DNA of 64,000 bases from Tepidisphaera sp. GTDB lineage: Bacteria > Planctomycetota > Phycisphaerae > Phycisphaerales > UBA1924. The stretch covers positions 2,720,001-2,784,000 of the forward strand of contig CP051526.1 in assembly GCA_050916045.1 (NCBI GenBank). The letters are read 5' to 3'. Shown here one piece after another: positions 18,960 through 31,037 of this stretch (position 1 is the first letter of the stretch; each line of letters opens with the position of its first letter). The translations under genes and the position numbers were made by a program. The notes under the pieces were generated by a model. That model was not told the DNA's origin. It made no database searches and was given only the letters and a program-made list of their open reading frames with translations.

Positions 18960-20279
18960 ATGCGTTCGACGATCGTTCTTGCGTGGACTGCGGGCCTGGC
19001 TTTGGCTTCGGCGACCGCGACCGCTCAGCCCACCTTCACGCTGATCCAGCCGGACGGCGATTTCGACTATTCGGTCATCCAAGACGTCGCGAAGGACTCG
19101 CCGCTGGTCCTCGTCTCGCTCCAGAACTCGACGCAGAGGCCGTTTCCGCTTCGGGGATACATCCTGAACGTGCGCACGGGCGAGCGGATCGAGCTCATCG
19201 ATCCGAACGGCAGCGACCTGAACCCGATCGCAATCAGCGCGGGCGGCGAGACCGTCGCGGGGTCGCTTGGCGGTGGTCCGCTTCTGGATCAGCACGCGTT
19301 CGTGTGGAGCGAAGCGACCGGCGTTGAAGACATCGTCGGACTCCCCGCCGGGAACGTGAGCTATGGCACGGGCGTGTCGGGCGATGGAACGATCGTCGTC
19401 GGGACCACCGGCGCCAACTTCGGCGATCCTTACCAGCAAGCGTGGCGCTGGACGCGCGACGGCGGGCTTGAACCGTTGGACGACATTGGCGATGACATCC
19501 TCGTGTTCGGCTCCGCGGAAGATATCTCCGGAGACGGCTCGACCGTGGTCGGAACCGGATCGATCGGCGACTTCGATCCCGACACGGACGACCTGATGTC
19601 GGGCGTCATCTGGCAGGGCGGCGGCACGACCCCGACGGATCTCGGCAATCTGCCAAGCCCGATCTCGACCGGTGGTTTGCTCCCGATGGCGGCGTCGTTC
19701 GACGGCTCGGTGGTGGTCGGTTTCGGCCCGGGCTTCTCGCAGAGCGGCGGCTTCGCGAACCGGAGCTTCCGCTGGACCGCGGTGGGCGGGCTGGTCGATG
19801 TCGGTGCCGTGCCCGGGCGCCCCGAAGGCTCGGTGCACGTGACCGACTGCTCGAGCGATGGCAACACGCTCGTCGGATACTCGATCACCGGCGGCGTGGA
19901 CACGTGGGAAGCCGTCGTCTGGACACAGGAGACGGGGTTCCGGACGCTTCGCTCGATTCTCGCGGCGGAAGGCGTCACGATCCCCGCGACGATCTCGCTC
20001 CGCGAGACGTACTGCAACGGCGACGGGACGATCATCGCGGGCTGGGCGTACGACCGCACCAACAACAAGTACCGCGGGTACATCGTGACCCTCGGCGGCG
20101 ACGTCTGCGAAGCCGACCACAACCGCGACGGGTTCGTGGATTTCTTCGACTACCTGAGCTTCGTGAGCTGCTTCGAGGGCGAGTGCAGCGATGGAACGAC
20201 CGCGGACTTCAACGGCGACGAGTTCGTGGACTTCTTCGACTACCTGGAGTTCGTGGCGGCGTTCGAAGCGGGGTGCTGA
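18960..20279 (+). CDS. Secreted HAF-repeat-like protein with C-terminal GC-type dockerin-like module
   Basis: GGAGG RBS; signal peptide; repeated vSgDGs.vVG / AFvW motifs; ends FVAAFEAGC. Confidence 0.85.
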   Translation: MRSTIVLAWTAGLALASATATAQPTFTLIQPDGDFDYSVIQDVAKDSPLVLVSLQNSTQRPFPLRGYILNVRTGERIELIDPNGSDLNPIAISAGGETVAGSLGGGPLLDQHAFVWSEATGVEDIVGLPAGNVSYGTGVSGDGTIVVGTTGANFGDPYQQAWRWTRDGGLEPLDDIGDDILVFGSAEDISGDGSTVVGTGSIGDFDPDTDDLMSGVIWQGGGTTPTDLGNLPSPISTGGLLPMAASFDGSVVVGFGPGFSQSGGFANRSFRWTAVGGLVDVGAVPGRPEGSVHVTDCSSDGNTLVGYSITGGVDTWEAVVWTQETGFRTLRSILAAEGVTIPATISLRETYCNGDGTIIAGWAYDRTNNKYRGYIVTLGGDVCEADHNRDGFVDFFDYLSFVSCFEGECSDGTTADFNGDEFVDFFDYLEFVAAFEAGC

Positions 20280-20608
20280 CGCCGGAGACTTGGAGGCATT
20301 CATGAGCACCGGCCGGCGGCGGTCGGTGTTCTTTCATTCACCAGCGGGTGAGAGTTCGCGAAGGGTCCTGGTACCTCCCTATCCACACCCGTCGCGATCG
20401 CGCTCGCGCGCCTTTCCGAGCGTGGAGGCCCGGAAATGACCGGTTAACATGACTTTGGCCGCGCGAAACCCACCGGAACCCTCGTCCGGGGCGGGAGTCG
20501 GGTCGGCTCGCACGTCGACTCCGGACGCCCACTCACCGATCGCCGGAGGAACCGGCGATCGGTGGCACGCGTCGCGCTCCGCGATCGATGCCACCTGCCG
20601 CCGTCCGC

Positions 20609-21499
20609 TCACCACATGCCGCATGCGCGGAACCGCCGCTGGAGCCACGTCGCGTTGTGGATCGAACCGCCGGGGGGTGATTCGGGCGGAGAATCCCAGA
20701 GTTCGATGTTCGGATAGAGGCACAGAAAGACCCCTCCGTCCTTGAACCGTGTCACGAGGCCTTCTTTATTCTTTAGCATCGCGACCTCGACATAGTCGTC
20801 GCCGATGTCTCTCGGTTTGCCCGCTTTCTTCGCGAGTTGCGGGCCGAGGTAGTTTCCCCAGTAGATGCCATAGACTCGCTCACGCCGTATCTCCGGTGGG
20901 TCCATCCCATAGCACCATGCGTTCATGCTGAGCGTCAATTCCGGGATCGGTTCCGTCGTAGGATAGACCCAGAAGCCGTTCATTGGTGCGCGATGGTAGT
21001 CGTCAACATGAACAAAGCCATACTCTGCACCGCAGAGCGACGAAGCCTCCTCGATGACTTTGGTGAAGACTTGCAGCACAGTCAATGCATCCAACTTCAA
21101 GGCTTGCGGAATTAACTGCACTCGAAGGGTGGACCCAAGCTGAAAGCGATCTCTGATCTCGCAAACAGACCTCGCATCTCGTTCGATATCAATCACGAAT
21201 GCGTAGGGGCTGTTCCGGCCACCGATCGGTCTTGACGTCGCCATGCAAAGATCATCTCCAGCATCAAGCGATCTTGTCCAAAAGCGTGCCTTCGCCAATT
21301 CTGTGATGGGAGTCGATCGCTCTCCCGGCCAGCCAATCGAGATCTCGTCAAGGTCATTCCACACGTTCGTGACGAGTTTCAACTTCGGGAGAATCTCTGC
21401 AACAGTCGCGGCAACGCGTTGAGCAAGCAGAACGGTTTGCCCAACCTCAAGCGGCTTTAACTGGAGGAACAGGTTGAATGTTAGGTCGATGTCTCTCAT
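20609..21499 (-). CDS. Hypothetical protein with atypical (AT-richer) codon usage; immunity-protein-like
   Basis: 296-aa ORF with protein-like composition; C-terminal YGIYWGNYLGPQL...FKDGGVFL. Confidence 0.6.
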   Translation of the reverse strand: MRDIDLTFNLFLQLKPLEVGQTVLLAQRVAATVAEILPKLKLVTNVWNDLDEISIGWPGERSTPITELAKARFWTRSLDAGDDLCMATSRPIGGRNSPYAFVIDIERDARSVCEIRDRFQLGSTLRVQLIPQALKLDALTVLQVFTKVIEEASSLCGAEYGFVHVDDYHRAPMNGFWVYPTTEPIPELTLSMNAWCYGMDPPEIRRERVYGIYWGNYLGPQLAKKAGKPRDIGDDYVEVAMLKNKEGLVTRFKDGGVFLCLYPNIELWDSPPESPPGGSIHNATWLQRRFRACGMW

Positions 21500-21869
21500 T
21501 CGTATTTGCCCACCTTCTATCTCCCGATCTCTTTCTGGCGGGTGGCACTACCCATCGTCGTTCCTCCGTCCGACCTCCGAACATCGCGTCTTCCTCCCAG
21601 TATACCGGGAACCTCGGGTGCCACCACCCTCCGCTTCGGAGGGTGGTGGATAGTCGCTCGAGCACGATGTCACGTCGGCGCGCAGGGGGTGCATGCGTCC
21701 GGCATCTGCCCGTCGCGGCGGGCGGCATCGATCGTCTGAGAGTCCCAGGCGTGCCACCGATCGCCGGTTCATCCGGCCATCGGTGCCGATGAACGCTGTG
21801 CCTTCGCGCCCGCGAGCGCGATCGCTCTTGGATCTCCCATGGTCGACTCGGGGACGGCAAGGTTCTGGA

Positions 21870-25418
<3,549 letters not shown>

Positions 25419-25434
25419 GGCGGAGTGTATCCCT

Positions 25435-25454
25435 ATATCCGTTCATGCGGATGA
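25435..25454. promoter_or_regulatory. 20-bp imperfect palindrome next to the metH -10 box; candidate SahR/SamR-type operator
   Basis: ATATCCG-TTCATG-CGGATGA directly upstream of TACACT (-10, 25429..25424). Confidence 0.45.
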
Positions 25455-25560
25455 ATGGCTGATAAGCGTCGGTCGAGGCTCACGGTCCGGGAACCGCGCC
25501 CAGAGGAGTCATCGGCTCGCCGCCGGTGCGTGCCCCGGGGCGGGCGAGCGGCGGAGAGGG

Positions 25561-25597
25561 AAAAACAAACACACGCCGACCTCGGGCCGGCGTGCGT
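25561..25597 (-). terminator. Rho-independent terminator of rpmE
   Basis: GC stem (CACGCCG..CGGCGTG) followed by TTTGTTTTT on the minus strand. Confidence 0.7.
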
Positions 25598-25625
25598 CGA
25601 TTGATTGGGGGGTGCGGCAAAGCGG

Positions 25626-25877
25626 TTAGGCCTTGGGCTCTTCCTTCTTGGCTTTCGGGTCGTCCTTTTTGAAGTAGTTGCCCGAGTACTTGCGGGTGAA
25701 CTTCTCGACGCGGCCGGCGGAGTCGACGAAGGTCTGCTTCCCCGTGAAGAAGGGGTGCGAACCGGACCAGACTTCGACGTGCATATCGGGGACGGTGGCG
25801 CCGACTTCCATCACGACCTGGCCGTTGTGGTAGACCTTGCAGCTGTGGAAGTACTTGGGGTGGATTTCGTCTTTCAT
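25626..25877 (-). CDS. rpmE: 50S ribosomal protein L31
   Basis: MKDEIHPKY, VEVWSGSHPFFTGKQTFVDSAGRVEKF. Confidence 0.96.
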   Translation of the reverse strand: MKDEIHPKYFHSCKVYHNGQVVMEVGATVPDMHVEVWSGSHPFFTGKQTFVDSAGRVEKFTRKYSGNYFKKDDPKAKKEEPKA

Positions 25878-26068
25878 GGGGATCCTCAGTCCGGGCCGTT
25901 GTGGGACGGGCGGGGGTCCAGGGCCAGGCGGGAACCCCCGCCGATGAGCCTGTGCCGCCAGTCCGAGACCGGTCTCAACTCTAGGCGGCGACGAGGCTCA
26001 GGCCAAGGTCCGATTGAGCCGATCTTGACCCCCGGGGGAGCCCGCCTAGGCTTACGCCCACATTCCGG

Positions 26069-26140
26069 TCCCCGATAGCTCAATGGTAGAGCGAGCGGCT
26101 GTTAACCGCTAGGTTCTAGGTTCGAGTCCTAGTCGGGGAG
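26069..26140 (+). tRNA. tRNA-Asn (GTT), CCA not encoded
   Basis: Acceptor TCCCCGA/TCGGGGA, D-arm GCTC-AATGGTA-GAGC, anticodon arm AGCGG-CTGTTAA-CCGCT, T-arm CTAGG-TTCGAGT-CCTAG. Confidence 0.97.
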
Positions 26141-26143
26141 TTC

Positions 26144-26173
26144 AAGGCCCTCGTCAAAGGTGACGGGGGCCTT
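26144..26173 (+). terminator. Hairpin downstream of tRNA-Asn
   Basis: AAGGCCCTCGTCA-AAGG-TGACGGGGGCCTT. Confidence 0.6.
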
Positions 26174-26412
26174 ATCGTTTACAGACCGGGCGGCGGAATC
26201 GCCCCCGGTACCGTGCCGTGGCGGGGGTTCGGCGCTCTCGGCTTCGATCCGGAGATCGGGGTACCGCTCCGAACGACTCGGATTCGGCACCTGCGCCCCC
26301 TGAACTCTCTCGCTCTCTGGTGCTCGATGTGCGTCCAGTTAACAGGGGCGTTCCGAGCGGGGGGCTGATGCGAACGCAGCTTCGATCCGGAGAGTCTCTT
26401 CCTCACCGCCTC

Positions 26413-28587
26413 TCAAGGAGCGTTTGCAAGCGAGGCATCCGCCGCGTGGGCATTCGTGCCGCACCCACACTTTCCGCAGGAGGGACAAACGAACGAACCC
26501 TTGCCACCCGCTAACGGACAAACACACGCCAATGCGTCGGAGCCAAAGACGCGATCAAACCACCCGGACGAGCGGTCGTTTGCCATGGACGCAACAAGAT
26601 CGGCGGAGTCCTTGAGTCGAATCACGGGGAAGCGTGCACCACACAGGCACCGATAGACTCCCCACATGCTGTCACAACTCTCGCAGTGGCATTCGTAGCA
26701 GTCATACTGCCCGATCTGACGGAAGTGCGCTCCCGCCGTCCGACATGTGGGGCAGGTCCGGAGGCGACCGCATTGCGCCAATGCCGTCTCCATCGATGCT
26801 CGGACGGCCTCGACCTGTCGCTCCACCAGTTCTGTACCCTGACGCACACCCTTGGGGTTCTGGCGCTGAAGCCTTGTGATTCCTTCGCTCCTGCATTCTC
26901 TTAGAAGATCTCCAAGCGATCGCTCACGCCCTTCCGGTGGTCTGAGAACCCGCAGGACGTCTGGCCGAGCGGTGGCCTCTACCCACGCGGGAAGAGAGCG
27001 AGGCCGATCGGTACCGAACTGAACGGTCGGAGGATACTGCAACAGCATCGGCGACCAGAGATGCCACCGAAGTGCCCGCGCAACTCGCTCCACGCTGCCG
27101 ATGTCCCATGGCGACACGGGGAGCACACCGAGCCGAGAGGACCGATTGATACCAGGCTCCCATGGACCTGCGCGATGCCCTGCGTCCGCCCGCCATTCGT
27201 GGTTCCCTTCAGCAGCCGGTCCGTGCGAGGAGACGAGTAGTACGAGAACCTCGTCCTCTGCCGCACTCCTGCTCATACGCTCCATGTCATCGATGACATC
27301 CACAGTCAAGGTCGGATCAAGCCCTTCGAGCTTGGTGGGCAGGCACACCACCCGGACTCTTCGGTCGTTAACCCGTATGACGACAGCACCGTCACGAGGG
27401 GGAAGAACAGAGACGGCCCCGGCGGCCCCACGTAACGAGAGTTCGTCGCAATCGACCGCCGAATGCTCCGAACTCGAATCGCACGAAACTCCAAGCTGGT
27501 CGAGAGCCCGAACCACGAGCAACCATCCAAACCACGCAGAGCCGTCGCACACAGCTTGGCGACTTTCGTAGTACTGCTCTTCCGTCGGCGGGCGAGATAC
27601 GCCCAACCGCGACCACTCTCGCCACAGCTTCGCCACCTCGCGGTAGAGAGAATCGCTCTCAAATACGTTGGTGTAGCGAAGTTGCACTGGGCCCGACCGC
27701 ACGGGGACCCCTCGGTAAAGCGGGGAATCGAATAGCTTGCGGACCCTGCCATAGAGCGATTCAACAAGATCTGCAGTGCGTTTGGCGCTCTGTTCCGCCC
27801 GAGTGTCACCGACTGCGCCCGCCCAGAGGTCGCACAATCTGCGTTGCCGCCAGAAGTGCCCACCCGCCGCGCTCGCCGCGTGCTCGCTCGACTGCTCGAT
27901 CATGCTGCGTATACGAGCGAGTTGCTCAAGACGAAGTCGCAGATACATAGCCAAGTGATCGATGAGACGGGCGGCGACGCGATTCTCGTAGATGTCCACG
28001 TCATCTTCCGCAACCAGGGCGAGGACTCGGCGGGGTCGCACGCCCAAGACTGTCGGACGGTCCCAGTCCTCCTTGTGCGACACGAGCCTGACGATCGCCG
28101 TACGGGCCACCTTGCGTACGCGTGGTACCGACGTCATTTCCTCGTCGACCCGCAGGTGCGAACGCGGGCGCTGGCACACCGACTCAAGGAACACAAGCCG
28201 ATCCTGAATCGCCTGATCGAATGGTCGCACTCGTAGGAACTCGGCGACGCGCGGTGCCAACGGCGACAAAGTAGCCCATTGGCTCCAGCAAGCACGCGAG
28301 TCGCGCAGTTCGCTGAAAGTCCGCCCCATCTCCGCGATAGCTTCGGCGTCGAGTGTCGCAGTCAACAGGGCACTCGGGAACTCTCCCCCTACCGCCGTCT
28401 TACCCGGAATTGTGAGCGCCCAGGTTCCGTCACGGCGAGCAACCACTCGGTCGGCGAAACACGCTGGTAGTCCATTCACCAGCACGCCCTTCCCGTTGTC
28501 GGCGAGCATCACACGACCGGGAATGAGCGGGGCTGACCCCGGCTCCCACTCGACTCCAGACACGAGATCGACCAGGGGACCTGGCAT
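26413..28587 (-). CDS. McrC-like (DUF2357-type) protein with C-terminal multi-Cys zinc ribbons; CoCoNuT CnuC-like
   Basis: DIYENRVAARLIDHL motif, TNVF..D..YR.V..LW; CPTC, CHCESC, CLCG, CPSCGKCGC; directly downstream of McrB-like gene. Confidence 0.7.
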   Translation of the reverse strand: MPGPLVDLVSGVEWEPGSAPLIPGRVMLADNGKGVLVNGLPACFADRVVARRDGTWALTIPGKTAVGGEFPSALLTATLDAEAIAEMGRTFSELRDSRACWSQWATLSPLAPRVAEFLRVRPFDQAIQDRLVFLESVCQRPRSHLRVDEEMTSVPRVRKVARTAIVRLVSHKEDWDRPTVLGVRPRRVLALVAEDDVDIYENRVAARLIDHLAMYLRLRLEQLARIRSMIEQSSEHAASAAGGHFWRQRRLCDLWAGAVGDTRAEQSAKRTADLVESLYGRVRKLFDSPLYRGVPVRSGPVQLRYTNVFESDSLYREVAKLWREWSRLGVSRPPTEEQYYESRQAVCDGSAWFGWLLVVRALDQLGVSCDSSSEHSAVDCDELSLRGAAGAVSVLPPRDGAVVIRVNDRRVRVVCLPTKLEGLDPTLTVDVIDDMERMSRSAAEDEVLVLLVSSHGPAAEGNHEWRADAGHRAGPWEPGINRSSRLGVLPVSPWDIGSVERVARALRWHLWSPMLLQYPPTVQFGTDRPRSLPAWVEATARPDVLRVLRPPEGRERSLGDLLRECRSEGITRLQRQNPKGVRQGTELVERQVEAVRASMETALAQCGRLRTCPTCRTAGAHFRQIGQYDCYECHCESCDSMWGVYRCLCGARFPVIRLKDSADLVASMANDRSSGWFDRVFGSDALACVCPLAGGKGSFVCPSCGKCGCGTNAHAADASLANAP

Positions 28588-31010
28588 TAGGCGCCCTCGC
28601 TCTCTTCGAAGCGACGAGACTGGATCAATTCGGCCAGAAGGTCTCTGGATTTGGCGGGCTGAGAGGCTTCACCAAATGACTGCTTCCAAGTGGACGCCAT
28701 GGTGTCGCGGAACTGCTCGAGAGTCTTAAGTCGCACTTCGTGCTTGCCCCGCAGTTTGCGAAGCAGCTTGGTCGCAAGGATGTGGTCGAGGGCCTCGTCG
28801 CACGTGCCGCCCGAAGCGACCACAGCCGAGACGAAGCGGGCCATCTGCCCCTTGGGCCCATCGAGCCGGTTGCCCCATCCAACCCGAAGTCCAAGCTGTA
28901 GCTGATCCTTGAGTTTGGCCAGCACGCTATTGGCCTTGTTGGCCATCGCCGCCTGGTCTCGCACCGCAGCCTCAAAAAGTTCTCGCAGTCCAGAACACGA
29001 TATCGGTGCTCCACCGGCAAGGCCGCTCCGAACTCCCGGTTGCGGATGCCCAGGCGGGAGTTCCATGGTGTGGGCGCGGTCGTAGGTCTTATCCGCAAAG
29101 TCCTTGGTGGTCTCGTCGTGATTTGCTGTTCCTGCAATCCACACGTTGTCCGGCCAGGCGATGAATCGACCATCGCGGAGCAATCGGGGAGCGATCGGCG
29201 GAAGTGAATCCATCAACTGGAACCTCCGTTCGTAGGGCGGAGGTTGCTCGATCTCGGAGTTCAGATCCGCGCCGTATTGCTCGAAGTATGAGAGATTCAT
29301 CTCGTCCAGGACAATGACGAAAACTCGGTCATTCCACTTCGGACACTGGGCGCGGTACAGTGCTTGGACGAATGCTGGCTCGTGATATCGCTTGTCGAAC
29401 GCGTTGAAGTAACCGAGCAGGTCTTGCCGATCTCTCCAGCCCGCTTGCACTGGCACGATCTCGACATCTCCTCCGAGAGCCTTTCCCACCGCCCGCGGCA
29501 AGCTGGTCTTGCCTGTGCCGCTGATGCCTTGGAGAAGGTGCAAGCGGCTCATGGCCATTCCAGCGATGAAGCACCGGATTGTCGCATCGTCGTAGTACAA
29601 GGGGTGGGGCCCCGTTGCCACACGCTCCTTGACCTCTTGAACAATGGCCTTCAGATTCTCTGGCTTCCGGAGCCCAGAGATAGGGGCCTGCAGTTCAACG
29701 TCCTGGTCCATTCTCGCGAGTTCAGCGAACGGGTTGCGGTGCGCACTCTGGTCCAGCTTCGATGTCACGTCGGCTTCGAGTTGGGTATTGGCTTCCTTGA
29801 GCACACGAGCTCGGTTCTCGTAGGCTCTCACCAGATCACGTTGGTTCTCAAGCTCGGTTGCTGCCACGGTCAGTCCGGCAAGCCGCGACCGCAGTGCTGC
29901 GTTGTCCGCTTTGATCTGCTCAAGTTCACGCCTCAGGCCATCTACAGCCCCGGCCTGACGACGCAGTTCCGCAACCGCATCCGCATCCGGCCTGTTCGTC
30001 AGTTCCGCGTCGCGTGCCTTCAGTTGGGCTGAAAGATCAGCGCACTTGGCTGCGAGTTGCTCGATCGACATCGCTCCCGTGGGTGCGAGCCTCTTTTCAA
30101 GCTCTTGGATGGTACCTTCCTTCAGCTTCGCCCAATCGCGTGCGGCCATCTCGCGTCGCTTTGCGTCTTCCAGGTCCTGGTCCAATCGTTCCACGCGAGA
30201 CTGCAGCTTCTGCTCGGCGCGCCTTGAAGCGAGCGCGATCCGCTCGTCCAGATTCTCGCGGTCCAATGCGAGGTCCTCTTGGGCTCGCTTCAGTGCCAAG
30301 CGTGCCTCGCCGACTTGGGTCATCTGCTGCTTCGCTTCCTCCAGTTGCTTGTGTGCCTGTTCCTCGATCGTCCTCAGGCCAAGTTCTCGCGCCTGCACCG
30401 AACGCTCCATGGCTTCACGGGCTCCGGCGAGCAGTTGCGGGAACCCTGCTTTCGCTTCTTCTTCGCGTTTCACGAGTGACAACCGGGCATGTTCGAACTC
30501 AAGTTCCTTGGCTGCGAGTGCAGCGTGCCACTCCTGGATCGCCTTCTCTCGCTCGTCCAGACGCCCCTGATGCTGCTGGAGCGAAACGTCTCTCTGCTCG
30601 ACCGCCTCCAAGGTCGCCTTTGACTTGGCCTCAGCCATTTGAAAGGCCCGTTTCGCATTGGCGGCCGAGCGAATCGCCTCACGCAGGTTCTCAGTGTTTG
30701 CGGCTGGCGGCTCAACCGTTGCCTTCCCCGAGACACCGTCCGGTTCGGGCACTGCCGAGTCGACGGCTGGTGCCTCAATCTCGAGTTGGATCGCCTGCTC
30801 GAGCATGTCCGGCACCGTCGATGCCACTTCTACTGCCGCCGGTTCGTCGGAGGCGCTCAGGCCGGGCGTCGTCAATGGCGCAGATGGCGCACGACTTCCA
30901 GACACGACGTTGGGCATAGTGGGTGGGCCGGCTGAGGGCGATGGGGGCGAACCGAAGCCGGACCGGCCGAAGATGTCGTTAGCGCGCCGCTTGTTCTTGT
31001 TTCGTCCCAC
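28587..31010 (-). CDS. Coiled-coil-fused McrB-like AAA+ GTPase (NxD signature); CoCoNuT CnuB-like
   Basis: About 300-aa heptad-rich region; Walker A QGISGTGKT; VPVQAGWRDRQDLLGYFN; Walker B IVLDEMNLS; GTANHDETT...YDRA. Confidence 0.85.
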   Translation of the reverse strand: MGRNKNKRRANDIFGRSGFGSPPSPSAGPPTMPNVVSGSRAPSAPLTTPGLSASDEPAAVEVASTVPDMLEQAIQLEIEAPAVDSAVPEPDGVSGKATVEPPAANTENLREAIRSAANAKRAFQMAEAKSKATLEAVEQRDVSLQQHQGRLDEREKAIQEWHAALAAKELEFEHARLSLVKREEEAKAGFPQLLAGAREAMERSVQARELGLRTIEEQAHKQLEEAKQQMTQVGEARLALKRAQEDLALDRENLDERIALASRRAEQKLQSRVERLDQDLEDAKRREMAARDWAKLKEGTIQELEKRLAPTGAMSIEQLAAKCADLSAQLKARDAELTNRPDADAVAELRRQAGAVDGLRRELEQIKADNAALRSRLAGLTVAATELENQRDLVRAYENRARVLKEANTQLEADVTSKLDQSAHRNPFAELARMDQDVELQAPISGLRKPENLKAIVQEVKERVATGPHPLYYDDATIRCFIAGMAMSRLHLLQGISGTGKTSLPRAVGKALGGDVEIVPVQAGWRDRQDLLGYFNAFDKRYHEPAFVQALYRAQCPKWNDRVFVIVLDEMNLSYFEQYGADLNSEIEQPPPYERRFQLMDSLPPIAPRLLRDGRFIAWPDNVWIAGTANHDETTKDFADKTYDRAHTMELPPGHPQPGVRSGLAGGAPISCSGLRELFEAAVRDQAAMANKANSVLAKLKDQLQLGLRVGWGNRLDGPKGQMARFVSAVVASGGTCDEALDHILATKLLRKLRGKHEVRLKTLEQFRDTMASTWKQSFGEASQPAKSRDLLAELIQSRRFEESEGA

Positions 31011-31037
31011 GTCGTACTCCTAAGTTCTGGCAGTCGC

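Noticed and set aside
12060..20279. Repeated GACTTCAACGGCGAC...TTCTTCGACTAC DNA as CRISPR or DGR template/variable repeats
   Set aside because: Repeats are in-frame coding for the shared C-terminal module, irregularly spaced; no cas or reverse transcriptase gene in the window
25419..25625. SAM or cobalamin riboswitch upstream of metH
   Set aside because: No recognisable aptamer core; a -10 box sits 5 nt before the ATG, leaving no leader
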